From: an uncultured Methanomassiliicoccales archaeon
GTDB taxonomy: Archaea; Thermoplasmatota; Thermoplasmata; Methanomassiliicoccales; UBA472
Assembly: GCA_963695345.1 (NCBI GenBank)
Contig: OY968769.1
Coordinates: forward strand, 672,001 to 736,000
Direction of reading: 5' to 3'
Length of the DNA stretch: 64,000 bases
Positions within the stretch are counted from its first letter, which is position 1; each line of letters starts with the position of its first letter. The notes below the pieces were generated by a model that ran no database searches, had not been told where the DNA came from, and saw nothing but the letters and a program-made list of their open reading frames with translations. The position numbers and the translations under genes are program-made. Shown here piece by piece: positions 9,381 through 19,234 of this stretch.

Positions 9381-11090
9381 TCAACTGAGAAGGCCCTTGA
9401 GCATGATGTCCACCACGAACGCGGAGACGGAACCGATCCACAGCAGTGCGATGAAGTGTATCCCTGCGCCAGCTATGTGGCCCCCGCGGAGCATGGGCAG
9501 CATCAATGATGAGAAGAACGCGTGGATGAAGATGATGGAGAAGACCATCAACTTGAGCGGCCCCACGTCGAAATGGGAGTTGAACAGGGTGTTCAGGAAG
9601 CTGGCCCCTCCCAGGTCAACATCCTCCAGTGACAGCCCCTGGATCGTGTTGGACATGTACTCCGAGATGCCCACGGTGATGTAGAGGGTGAAGGACAGCG
9701 ATACCATGATACCGTAGAGGACCCCCAAATAGCCGGAGGCCACTATCTGCCGCTTCTTCCTTATCGCCAGCACCTTGAACATGTTGGCGCTGATGAACAT
9801 GCTGGTCACCTCGGACTTGGCACCGCTGGTGACGCATTGGGTGTACACGTTGTTGAATTTCCTGATGAGGTTGCTGGACGATTCCGCGGAAAAATGCTTC
9901 CAGGCGTCGATGGCGTTGATGTTCAGGGCCAGCCTTTTCGCCAGGTTCTTGACCATGGAGGTCAGGGGGCCGAACTTGTGCATGGCCAGTTTGCGGACCG
10001 CCTCGCCCATGGTCTGGCCGCTGACCGACGAGGCCCTTCCCAGCGACCTGATGAACGCTCCGTAGATGTTGTCCCGTTTCACGATGTTGCGCTCTTCCCT
10101 GGTGATCAGGATCCCCGGGATCAGGAAGGGAAGGCAGACCGAGGAGGCGTACAGGCCGATGGGCAGATTGAGAGGCATCAGTAGGAATGTCAGCAGCGCC
10201 GTTCCCACTATCGAGATCACGACCGAGAGGATCATGATGCGGTCGCTGTCCTTGGTCAGCCTGTCCTTCTTCTTCTGACGCCAGCCGTACCAGATGTCGT
10301 CCTTGGGCAGCTTCGTCTGGATGAAATAGACGAACATGCCTTCCATGACGGCGAAGCCCATCACGATCCCTGCCAGCAGGGTATCGACGCTGCCCTGCCC
10401 CAGAAGCGGGACTATGGAAATGAAAACGCAGGCGAAGATGAGGGATGTGACGATCCCAGTGAACAGTTCCTTCACGAAGTCCAGGTCCTTCAGGCTGGCG
10501 TCGGCCTTCAGTGTGTATTCGTCCATGATCACTTCGTGCTCGTTCTTCAGGAAACGGTCCAGCTTCTCACCCACCTCCATGGAGTGGGACAGCCGGCTGA
10601 AGAAATCCGCCTCGACCGGCGAGGGGGTACGGGCGGCCACGAAACGGCATGCGTCCCCGGCCGCCACGTGGTAGAACTTGATGAGCCGGTATATGCGCTT
10701 CGAGTCCTCGGCCAATTGACCGTACTCGGTCTTCTGCGACATGACGTAGAACATCTTGTCGATGGGCATCTCGGAGGTGGATAGGGCCGCCAGCTCGGTA
10801 ACGAACAGGGGCATGTTACGCTCCGCCCTCATCTTGCTCTTGGATGAGGCGATGATCGGCAGCATCGCCACCGCGAATATGGCGAAGATGGGCAGGGCGT
10901 AGAGCAATACCCCGTACGAGGGATCGATGACCTGGCTGAGATACTGGGGGATTATTACGCTAGAAAGGAAGTACGGCACCACCAGCCCGAAGACCAGTAT
11001 GGAGATGAGGACCAGCCTGAAGTAGGTCTTGGGCTTCATCTTCATGTCCCGGAAGCCCTGTTTCAACCTCTTGCTCTTCATCTTCACCAT
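9381..11090 (-). CDS. flaJ: Archaellum membrane platform protein
   Basis: Two T2SS-F-like repeats, DFFSRL and FIRSLG motifs; directly after flaI. Confidence 0.92.
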   Translation of the reverse strand: MVKMKSKRLKQGFRDMKMKPKTYFRLVLISILVFGLVVPYFLSSVIIPQYLSQVIDPSYGVLLYALPIFAIFAVAMLPIIASSKSKMRAERNMPLFVTELAALSTSEMPIDKMFYVMSQKTEYGQLAEDSKRIYRLIKFYHVAAGDACRFVAARTPSPVEADFFSRLSHSMEVGEKLDRFLKNEHEVIMDEYTLKADASLKDLDFVKELFTGIVTSLIFACVFISIVPLLGQGSVDTLLAGIVMGFAVMEGMFVYFIQTKLPKDDIWYGWRQKKKDRLTKDSDRIMILSVVISIVGTALLTFLLMPLNLPIGLYASSVCLPFLIPGILITREERNIVKRDNIYGAFIRSLGRASSVSGQTMGEAVRKLAMHKFGPLTSMVKNLAKRLALNINAIDAWKHFSAESSSNLIRKFNNVYTQCVTSGAKSEVTSMFISANMFKVLAIRKKRQIVASGYLGVLYGIMVSLSFTLYITVGISEYMSNTIQGLSLEDVDLGGASFLNTLFNSHFDVGPLKLMVFSIIFIHAFFSSLMLPMLRGGHIAGAGIHFIALLWIGSVSAFVVDIMLKGLLS

Positions 11091-11099
11091 GTGCCGGCC

Positions 11100-12758
11100 T
11101 CAGTAGTTGAAGGGGAGCGAGTTCTCTCCCTTCTCGTAGTAGTCGTTCAGGAGCTTGACCACTTCTTTGTAGCCAACGATGTTCAGTTCGACCATCTTCG
11201 CGATGATCCTTTCCCTCTTCCTCAGTTCGATGTAGATGTCCTTCTTGTCTGCGTAACCATGCTCGGCGGCGATCCTGTTCTCCAGGATGAAGCTGTTATT
11301 GTTGCCCCTGAAGTACAGGTGGTCGGTGGCGGAGTCCCACTTGAAGACGGTCCGGGTGAGCATTCCGCCCGCCTCCTTGTCGAATCCCATCATCTCTTCC
11401 ACGGCGGTGACCCTCCTGAGGTACCGCTTGTTGACGTTGACCGCAGACTGGAACACCAGCACGTTGCAGTTGTCGATGAAGGACATGGGGATGTTCACTG
11501 GCTGGCCGGTCATACGCTGGATGAACTTTGTCGAGTTCGAGGCGTGGAAGGTGGCCAGCACCGGGATACCGGTCTGCATGCATTGGAAGGCGACCCTCGC
11601 CTCCTCACCTCTGATCTCACCGACGACGATGTAATCGGGCCTGGACCTCAGGGCGGCTCTGAGCAGGTCGAACATCGTGACCCTGGACTCCTCCGGACCG
11701 GCCTCTCGCGTTACGCAACGCTGCCAGGCCTTGTGCGGCGGTTTGACCTCAGGTGTGTCTTCCACGGAGTATATCTTTCCACGATGGTCGATGAACGTCA
11801 TGATGGCGTTGATCGTGGACGTCTTACCAGAGGCGGTCTCACCGCAGATGATGATGTTCATCTTGTTCTCCAGGCACAGCCAGAGATAGGCACCGAGCTC
11901 GGGGCTGAAGGATCCGAACTTGATGAGCTGTATCGGGGAGATCGGTTCCGCGGTGAACTTCCTGATGGTGCAGGAAGAGCCTTTGGCGCTTACATCGTTC
12001 GAGTAGATCATGTTGATACGGCTACCATCTGGCAGCGTACCATCGACGACCGGGTGGGAATTGCTTACCGGCTTCCCCATCCTCTCGGACATGGAGACGA
12101 AGAAGTCGTTAAGGCTCACCTCATCCTCGAATCGGACATTGGTCTCTAGGGCGAACTGGAACGCCTTGTGCGATACACGGACCCTACCGGTTCCGATCAG
12201 GTGCACATCTTCTATGTACTGGTCGAGGATAAGCGGTTCAAGAGGGCCGTACCCGATGATGTCCCGGCGGATGTAGTACTTCATCAGGTCGTGCTCCTCT
12301 TCCGTCACCGTTATCTTCTCCCCGCTACCGAACAGGCCTCCCATGCCGCCCTTGCCAGACTTGGCCTTGCCAATGACAACGGACTGCTCGAAAAGCTTGT
12401 TGAGAATTCTTTCCTGGTCTTCTACGGTCTCGGATGATTCTTCGTTCGAGGCCTTCTCCAGGATGAAATCCTTGATGGCCCGGAGACGGTCCTTCTGTTC
12501 GTCGTCCAGCTTCTGTTCGACGTTGACATAGGCGTTCTTTCTGGCGTTTATATGGACAAAACCCGTTCCAACACAGTAGATGACATTGGCTGACTCGATA
12601 TCGTTGATGGCCGCAGAGCGGATATCACCAAGTTCTTTGATGGTAAGATTCTCGTAAAAACGCGGCATCCTGGAGGTTTCTTTCTTAAGCTCCGCTATGT
12701 AACGCCGCAGGTATGGGCTCTTAGCCATTGCCTTTGTCAGGCCGTCATCTTCAACCAT
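11100..12758 (-). CDS. flaI: Archaellum motor ATPase
   Basis: Walker A GETASGKT, RAALRSRPDYIVVGEIRG, TFHA. Confidence 0.95.
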   Translation of the reverse strand: MVEDDGLTKAMAKSPYLRRYIAELKKETSRMPRFYENLTIKELGDIRSAAINDIESANVIYCVGTGFVHINARKNAYVNVEQKLDDEQKDRLRAIKDFILEKASNEESSETVEDQERILNKLFEQSVVIGKAKSGKGGMGGLFGSGEKITVTEEEHDLMKYYIRRDIIGYGPLEPLILDQYIEDVHLIGTGRVRVSHKAFQFALETNVRFEDEVSLNDFFVSMSERMGKPVSNSHPVVDGTLPDGSRINMIYSNDVSAKGSSCTIRKFTAEPISPIQLIKFGSFSPELGAYLWLCLENKMNIIICGETASGKTSTINAIMTFIDHRGKIYSVEDTPEVKPPHKAWQRCVTREAGPEESRVTMFDLLRAALRSRPDYIVVGEIRGEEARVAFQCMQTGIPVLATFHASNSTKFIQRMTGQPVNIPMSFIDNCNVLVFQSAVNVNKRYLRRVTAVEEMMGFDKEAGGMLTRTVFKWDSATDHLYFRGNNNSFILENRIAAEHGYADKKDIYIELRKRERIIAKMVELNIVGYKEVVKLLNDYYEKGENSLPFNY

Positions 12759-12858
12759 TATTCATCCGCCGTATAGCTCACGCACCGATCGTCACCGGCT
12801 CGCGGGCAATTAACAGGTTTATGTCCGATCCGTTAAGTTACTGGTCGTTGTGTGCCCC

Positions 12859-13589
12859 TTATCCTGAGACCTCCGTGATCTCGATGATCATTCCGATCCT
12901 TGGTTCGATCCTGAACCGGATGACCTCGGTCACTGTCTTGGTGGCCCGCATGAACCGCTTCACATTGATGATCCGGTTGATCCCCTGGCCAGTGGCCTTC
13001 ATGGTCAGGTAAATGTACATTTCCGTTGACAGCCGGAGCGTGTCCACGCCCGGAGTGTTCGGCTCGATCGTCATGATGACCATCTTCCCCAGCTTGTTCA
13101 TTTTTTTCAGGAAGGCCATCAATTTGACCGCGCTCTCCTCATCCAGATGGTTCTGGGTCAGAGTGGAGAGGGAATCGATGATGAGTACATCTTGTGCATA
13201 GAGCGCCGATGATGTGGTCAGCTTCTCGACGAAGTCGGCCCTGGCGACGGCGTTCCCGATGAGCGGATAGACCGGGAAAAAGGTCAGGGTCCGGTTCTGC
13301 AGGTACTTGCTAACCTTGAAATCGAGGGACCACATCTGTTCGATGAAGCCCTTCATGGTCTGCTCAGTGGATACATATGTCACCGAATGGCCGTTGGAAA
13401 GGAACCCATAACACATACGCTGGCACAGTACGCTCCGTCCCGAGCCTATCTCTCCTTCCAAGAGCATGCTCGTGCCGCGCGGGATATACCTTTGCCCAAC
13501 TTCTCTGCCAGCTCATCCTGTTTCAGCGCTATGCTGAACACATCCTTTACAGAGGATTCGCTAGCTGGAGCCTTTGCATCGCCGCTCAT
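12859..13589 (-). CDS. flaH: Archaellum RecA/KaiC-like ATPase FlaH, apparent frameshift near 13485
   Basis: N-part DELAEKLGKGI in one frame, PRGTSMLLEGEIGSGRS..IIDSLS..FRIEPRIG in another. Confidence 0.9.
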
Positions 13590-13635
13590 TCAATGATCAT
13601 CCGCCTCCCCATGTTGAACCAGACCTAGTGAATCA

Positions 13636-14073
13636 CTAGATCCGGAACCCCATGGAGTCCGAAATCCCATTAGATACGACTACCTTAGCAGTATGGTCAC
13701 CGTTCGCAAGAATGATATTCAGATGGACCTCGAGGACGACACTGGGTCCCCAAATATTCGAGCCGCCGACGATGGTCCATGAACTGCTGTTTTGGTCCTT
13801 TCCGTCGATCATCACCAGTATGTCTGTGGGAAGGATCTGATTAGAGCCAGTGTTCTTGATGTAAACCGTAAGGTTCGAATCCTGATAAGGGACGACAGCC
13901 GGATCGTTGATGATCTTGATGCTGGTGTCCAATTTGTCGGAGAAGTTGTTCGCCCTCTTCTCCACCGCCTGGGCCATGTTGGACGATAGTCCGATGAAGA
14001 CCCCGGCGAGGGAGGCGGCCACCACGATGGCGGCGACGAAGAATATGACCTGCGTGGTTGATGAGTCTGACAT
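13636..14073 (-). CDS. flaG: Archaellum accessory protein FlaG
   Basis: SSTTQVIFFVAAIVVA N-helix, IINDP, YIKNTG. Confidence 0.88.
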   Translation of the reverse strand: MSDSSTTQVIFFVAAIVVAASLAGVFIGLSSNMAQAVEKRANNFSDKLDTSIKIINDPAVVPYQDSNLTVYIKNTGSNQILPTDILVMIDGKDQNSSSWTIVGGSNIWGPSVVLEVHLNIILANGDHTAKVVVSNGISDSMGFRI

Positions 14074-14087
14074 TGGAATCCCCTAAA

Positions 14088-14504
14088 CTAACTGAAGGCC
14101 ATCGCCCCGCAGTCGGTGACCAGTTCGATATGGGCGCCGACAATGTTGACGTCGGTATGGATGTATAGCACCTCTCCGGTCAACCATAGATGGGAAGCAG
14201 GATGTCCCTCGATGGACAAACTGGATATCGAAGAGGTTTCCAGCGTACCATTGATGAGAAGGTCCAGCCCGGAAACGTCCAGGGTGGTGCTTCCGTGGTT
14301 CATGACGGATATGGTCCCGTTCCCCGCGTCCACACCGATGATAGCTATCTCGGTCGCCTGAGCCTCCAAGGCCCGGTCGTAGTTGTTCTCCTGTGCCGTT
14401 TGGATCTTGTCCTGGTACATATTGATGGCCCCGAACATGGCCCCAAACAGAATAAGAAAAGAACTGAAAAGGATGGCTGAGGCGGCCGATACGCTAAGTC
14501 CCAT
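14088..14504 (-). CDS. flaF: Archaellum accessory protein FlaF
   Basis: MGLSVSAASAILF, NHGSTTL, WLTGE, VTDCG. Confidence 0.87.
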   Translation of the reverse strand: MGLSVSAASAILFSSFLILFGAMFGAINMYQDKIQTAQENNYDRALEAQATEIAIIGVDAGNGTISVMNHGSTTLDVSGLDLLINGTLETSSISSLSIEGHPASHLWLTGEVLYIHTDVNIVGAHIELVTDCGAMAFS

Positions 14505-14505
14505 C

Positions 14506-15528
14506 CTACTTCACGCCCATCCGTTTATACTCGGCCATCCACCGCTCCAGTGCAGCATAGTCCTCCTCTGGGACCTTCTCGCCTTTCAACTTCATGGTAT
14601 ATATCTGCTCCAGCTGGTGATCCACTAGCTTGTGGATCTGGTTGATGGAGTAGAAATCCACCACGAGGTTGGAGATTGGTTCCGGAGTCGGCGCCGGTTC
14701 TGGAGTTGGCGCTGATGCCTTCTCGATCGGTACTGGCTTGTCGACGATCAGAGGTCTGGTCGGCTTCGTCACTTTGGTTATCTTCACTTTCTCGACGAGC
14801 TGCGCGACGTCATCATCATCAAGCTCAGGCTTCAGGATCTTGTCCATAGGTTCTGCCTCGATGTAGTCCGGTATTTTTAGTGGCTTGCTTTGTTCCAAGG
14901 GCTTACCTTTGCCCAGGTCCAGGTCCAGGTCTAGGTCCAAGTCCTCAAGGTCGAGCTTTGGAGCCTCTTCCTTAGGGGCCGGAGCGCAGGGCTTCTCCTT
15001 GGCAGTGGGACATTCCGCTTTCTTTGGGCTGGGCATCTCCGAGTCCACGAATGGATTGTACTCGCGACTGACCGCTTCATAGACACAGAGCAGGTTCTTG
15101 ATGGAGTCGTTGATCCCATCGATCTCGGTCCTGATCTTGTCCATGTCGTTCTTCATCGCCTTGCTGCCCATGGTGATGGTCTCGAGCTGACCCTTCAGGT
15201 CAGTGATGGTTCCGTCCATGGCCTCCATCTTCTTGTTGTCGGATTTTGGGGCCAGGCCGGCCAGGGGATTGTCGTCGAGCTTCATTCCGCCCCCGCCAAG
15301 GCTTCCCCCGATGCCGCCCATGTCGCTCTTCAGTCCGAGCTTCATTGCATCCGCATCGAGATCCAGATCGAGATCCCCGACTGCGCTGGATAGGTCCTCT
15401 CCACCTCCTTTCTTATTCTTCTTGAACGTGAATACGGCGAAGAATGGAAAAAAGAGGGGCAGAGGAACTGCTCTATTGGTGGTCGTTCTATCAGTCCTCC
15501 GTTTTTTTATTCCTATTCCATCGCTCAT
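14506..15528 (-). CDS. Archaellum accessory FlaC(/D/E)-like protein
   Basis: Coiled coil followed by LLCVYEAVSREYNPF (FlaC-like motif), Pro/Lys/Asp-rich linker; start overlaps the flaB stop. Confidence 0.72.
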   Translation of the reverse strand: MSDGIGIKKRRTDRTTTNRAVPLPLFFPFFAVFTFKKNKKGGGEDLSSAVGDLDLDLDADAMKLGLKSDMGGIGGSLGGGGMKLDDNPLAGLAPKSDNKKMEAMDGTITDLKGQLETITMGSKAMKNDMDKIRTEIDGINDSIKNLLCVYEAVSREYNPFVDSEMPSPKKAECPTAKEKPCAPAPKEEAPKLDLEDLDLDLDLDLGKGKPLEQSKPLKIPDYIEAEPMDKILKPELDDDDVAQLVEKVKITKVTKPTRPLIVDKPVPIEKASAPTPEPAPTPEPISNLVVDFYSINQIHKLVDHQLEQIYTMKLKGEKVPEEDYAALERWMAEYKRMGVK

Positions 15529-16136
15529 TTCAGGTTGACGTAGTCCGTGCTGTAGTAGGACGGGGTCACGAAGTTGATCGTGGTCGGGGAACCGTAGGCC
15601 GGGACGATCTTGATCGTTGCGGACTGCGTGAATCCGAGAGCCAGGTTGCCGTCTGAGTCACAGATGGATATCGTGATCAGGTCACCCTGCTGGACGACGT
15701 AGTTGTTGGTGCCCCAGGTAGCTCCGCCGACGGTCTTAGCTAGGGTCTGGTTGGCGGTGTACTTGGCTGCAGTGGGGGCTCCGGTGGCCTGCATCTGCAT
15801 CATGTTGTTGGTGGTGCCGCTGATGAACTGGACGGTTACCTTGTCCATGTTAACTGCGGGGGATCCAGCCTGAAGCCTTATCTGTACGGTCAGGTTCTTG
15901 ATCGCGGATCTATCGGCGAGGACCTGTCCGGTCACGTCCTGAACGACGAATCCGGAAGCGACGTTGTTGATCGCCTGGTCACCAGTGTTCTGGGCTTGCT
16001 CACGGACTTTGTTAGCGGTACTGATCAATACGGACGCAGCAACCGCCGCGACGAGCACCATTGCGATGAATATGATCATCGTTCCGACGCCCATCTCTGC
16101 GCGCTTGTCCTTCTTCCAAGACGTTCTCATCTTCAT
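15525..16136 (-). CDS. flaB: Archaellin copy 1
   Basis: Class III signal KKDKRA|EMGVGTMIIFIAMVLVAAVAASVLI; GGAGA SD; 203 aa. Confidence 0.96.
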   Translation of the reverse strand: MKMRTSWKKDKRAEMGVGTMIIFIAMVLVAAVAASVLISTANKVREQAQNTGDQAINNVASGFVVQDVTGQVLADRSAIKNLTVQIRLQAGSPAVNMDKVTVQFISGTTNNMMQMQATGAPTAAKYTANQTLAKTVGGATWGTNNYVVQQGDLITISICDSDGNLALGFTQSATIKIVPAYGSPTTINFVTPSYYSTDYVNLK

Positions 16137-16298
16137 TTTCCTATCTCCTGTGATTACACAAGCGTCCCGGTTCCCCGGGCTGACATAGCTTGATCCTCTG
16201 GACTGTACGGTACTTTCTGTATCGTTCAATCAGTTCGGTACCATGAAAAGGCGGTTGAAGCTAGATAAACCCCGAAGAAATGGGAATCAAGCATGATA
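16137..16298 (-). promoter_or_regulatory. flaB1 upstream module: palindrome, TATA and structured leader
   Basis: TATCAtgctTGATT (16285-16298), TTTATCTA (~16262-16269), CTGATTG, CAAGC..ATGTCAG-CCCGG-GGAA-CCGGG-AC-GCTTG. Confidence 0.75.
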
Positions 16299-16844
16299 AC
16301 GTGACGGAACGAGTCAGTCACGAGAGAACGGTCCCTACGATGATCGACGTGGAATCTCCTTACTCCAGGTTTCGGAATGAAATACAGGGCTCGATCATCG
16401 AAGCGTTTGTTCTGTTACAGCACTGATGATTATATTAATTCTACTTCATTAATAACTATTTCAAGACATATGGCCGGATCGATCCTATGCCCATCGAACG
16501 AGCTAACGACAACGGCTAGACAACTAACGCATTGCGAATGATGGAATGGGAAGGTGGCGATGTTCCAAGGAACCAAGGACGGGCTCGGCAAAGTCAAATC
16601 GCTCCCAACGGATGCGCCTTGAGATCGACCTTGAAAATCGATCTGATCAATCATGATCCACCTGAATGGCGGAGGAGGCAGCCAAGGGCAAGCTATGACA
16701 GGACACATTAGACCTGGTGGCCCCATTGCTTCGAACTTGAACACAAGATCGCTCCACTCGGGTCGAACTGGCGTTAATGCTGGGAAGGGGTCAGACATGA
16801 GAAAAATATGGGCGGGGAATCCTTACTCGCGAAGGAACCCTTCA

Positions 16845-16880
16845 TTGAAATGAAAGTGAGGGGTTGCATTTCAACCCCCC
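16845..16880 (-). terminator. Hairpin plus pyrimidine tract after flaB2
   Basis: GGGGTTG/CAACCCC stem followed on the minus strand by TCACTTTCATTTC. Confidence 0.55.
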
Positions 16881-16900
16881 GTTGGGACAACAGCTCATCT

Positions 16901-17512
16901 TTACTTCAGGTTGACGTAGTCCGTGCTGTAGTAGGACGGGGTCACGAAGTTGATCGTGGTCGGGGAACCGTAGGCCGGGACGATCTTGATCGTTGCGGAC
17001 TGCGTGAATCCGAGAGCCAGGTTGCCGTCTGAGTCACAGATGGATATCGTGATCAGGTCACCCTGCTGGACGACGTAGTTGTTGGTGCCCCAGGTAGCTC
17101 CGCCGACGGTCTTAGCTAGGGTCTGGTTGGCGGTGTACTTGGCTGCAGTGGGGGCTCCGGTGGCCTGCATCTGCATCATGTTGTTGGTGGTGCCGCTGAT
17201 GAACTGGACGGTTACCTTGTCCATGTTAACTGCGGGGGATCCAGCCTGAAGCCTTATCTGTACGGTCAGGTTCTTGATCGCGGATCTATCGGCGAGGACC
17301 TGTCCGGTCACGTCCTGAACGACGAATCCGGAAGCGACATTGTTGATCGCCTGGTCACCAGTGTTCTGGGCCTGTTCTCTCACCTTGTTTGCAGTGCTGA
17401 TCAATACGGACGCAGCAACCGCGGCGACGAGCACCATTGCGATGAATATGATCATCGTTCCGACGCCCATCTCTGCGCGCTTGTCCTTCTTCCAAGACGT
17501 TCTCATTTTCAT
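16901..17512 (-). CDS. flaB: Archaellin copy 2
   Basis: Protein identical to copy 1. Confidence 0.96.
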   Translation of the reverse strand: MKMRTSWKKDKRAEMGVGTMIIFIAMVLVAAVAASVLISTANKVREQAQNTGDQAINNVASGFVVQDVTGQVLADRSAIKNLTVQIRLQAGSPAVNMDKVTVQFISGTTNNMMQMQATGAPTAAKYTANQTLAKTVGGATWGTNNYVVQQGDLITISICDSDGNLALGFTQSATIKIVPAYGSPTTINFVTPSYYSTDYVNLK

Positions 17513-17681
17513 GTTCTATCTCCTTTCTTTACACAAGCGTCCCGGAATCCGGGCTGACATTTGCTTGATCCTCAAGACCGAACAACGGGTTGCTTGTGCA
17601 GCGCGTCCTTCAATCAGGCGGTTACAATGAAAACCATTGTGAATCTTTATAAACCTAAAGAAACAGGTATCATGCATGATA
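17513..17681 (-). promoter_or_regulatory. flaB2 upstream module: palindrome, TATA and structured leader
   Basis: Perfect TATCATGCATGATA (17668-17681), TTTATAAA (17646-17653), ACCGCCTGATTG, CAAGC..ATGTCAG-CCCGG-ATT-CCGGG-AC-GCTTG. Confidence 0.75.
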
Positions 17682-17841
17682 ACGTTGGAAAATGCTAATT
17701 GGTGAGTTCTGGCTCGCGATATTTACTTTGAAAATTACGGAAGAACATATCCTTCGGAAAATATGTCGATCTTGGATCGAACGATGATACGATATCGATC
17801 GGAGTTGGAGCCCTGGTACAAGAAGTCAGAGAAATTACCTT

Positions 17842-17882
17842 TGAAAATATAGGGAAAAGGAAGGGCCGTTATTGGCCCTTCT
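17842..17882 (-). terminator. Hairpin plus T-tract after flaB3
   Basis: GAAGGGCC/GGCCCTTC stem followed on the minus strand by CTTTTCCCTATATTTT. Confidence 0.6.
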
Positions 17883-17900
17883 TGTTGTTACGCACCCACA

Positions 17901-18512
17901 TTACTTCAGGTTGACGAAGTCCGTTACGTAGAAGGACGGGGTCACGAAGTTGATGGTGGTCGGGGAACCGTAGGCCGGGACGATCTTGATCGTGGCGGCC
18001 TGCGTGAATCCGAGGGCCAGGTTATGCGCCGTGTTGCAGATCGAGATCGTGATCAGGTCTCCCTGCTGGACGACGTAGTTGTTGGTGCCCCAGGTAGCTC
18101 CGCCGACGGCCTTAGCGAGGGTCTGGTTGGCGGTGTACTTAGAGGTCGTCGGTGCTCCGGTGGCCTGCATCTGCATCATTATGCTGGTGGTGCCGCTGAT
18201 GAACTGGACGGTTACCTTGTCCATGTTAACTGCGGGGGATCCAGCCTGGAGCCTCAGTTGTACGGTGATGTTCTTGATCGCCGATCTGTCTGCGAGGACC
18301 TGTCCGGTCACGTCCTGAACGACGAATCCGGAAGCGACGTTGTTGATCGCCTGGTCGCCGGTGTTCTGGGCCTGCTCACGGACCTTGTTAGCGGTACTTA
18401 TCAATACGGACGCAGCAACCGCCGCGACGAGGATCATTGCGATGAAGATGATCATCGTGCCGACGCCCATCTCAGCGTGCTTGTCCTTCTTCCAAGACGT
18501 TCTCATTTTCAT
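17901..18512 (-). CDS. flaB: Archaellin copy 3 (divergent paralog)
   Basis: Same N-terminal helix; scattered substitutions, e.g. ICNTAHN vs ICDSDGN. Confidence 0.96.
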   Translation of the reverse strand: MKMRTSWKKDKHAEMGVGTMIIFIAMILVAAVAASVLISTANKVREQAQNTGDQAINNVASGFVVQDVTGQVLADRSAIKNITVQLRLQAGSPAVNMDKVTVQFISGTTSIMMQMQATGAPTTSKYTANQTLAKAVGGATWGTNNYVVQQGDLITISICNTAHNLALGFTQAATIKIVPAYGSPTTINFVTPSFYVTDFVNLK

Positions 18513-18675
18513 GTTCTATCTCCTTCAATGCTGCAAGCGTATGGTCATCCGAGCTGACATGGCCTGCTCCTCTAGACCGAAGAGTGTTCGAAGAACAACT
18601 CATCCGATCAGGCGGTTATTATGAAAACGGACAATGAGATATTAAACCCCAAAGAGACAGGTATCACCGATGATA
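18513..18675 (-). promoter_or_regulatory. flaB3 upstream module: palindrome, TATA and structured leader
   Basis: TATCAtcggTGATA (18662-18675), TTTAATAT, ACCGCCTGATCG, GCAGGC..ATGTCAGC..AC-GCTTGC. Confidence 0.72.
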
Positions 18676-19179
18676 ATCAACAATATCGAGAATAACTACC
18701 ATCTGGCTTCAACATCTTAAAGTGAAAATATCGATTCCTGAGAATAATGGGATCACGATTTGTCATAGGAATCCCGCAGGTTACCATGTTGTTCCAAATC
18801 GCAGGGCGGCAGGTCAAATGGTTTCGCCGAAACAAACATGGTCTGTCGGACACCGTTTCGGCAAGATTGGATGACAGCATATCCATGCGTCCAAGGGAAG
18901 TCGCATACGTAGACGTTCGATTCGATCAGGTATCGATGGGGCGAGAAGAGCCGACTTACTTGGATACTGCTTGGGTCTTGATTGGTCTTAGATCAAATTG
19001 AGGCCCTGTCGCTCTTGGCCATCGGAAATCATGGTGACCGACCGGGTCTATTTCCGGACGACTGGAGATGTACATTGCCCTAAGCATCTACGATTTGTTG
19101 GTGAGAAACACAGAACAACCCGGTTGAAAGTCCTACCTTGGATAATTCTGCTGATAGTCAAAAACAAGGCAAACAATAA

Positions 19180-19220
19180 CAGAAAAAATGAAAATAGGAA
19201 AGGAGAGGACAGAGTCCTCA
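19180..19220 (-). terminator. Hairpin plus T-tract after flaB4
   Basis: GAGGAC/GTCCTC stem followed on the minus strand by TCCTTTCCTATTTTCATTTTTTC. Confidence 0.6.
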
Positions 19221-19234
19221 GTTGTTCTTTACGA

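Noticed and set aside
15440-15480. Intragenic attenuator hairpin inside the flaC-like gene
   Set aside because: The stem has A-C mismatches on the transcribed strand; only a T6 tract remains, too weak to call.
16137-16229. N-terminal extensions of flaB1 and flaB4 (234-aa ORFs) in the ORF track
   Set aside because: The GGAGA SD and class III signal place the start at MKMRTSW; the extensions are the leader RNA read in frame.
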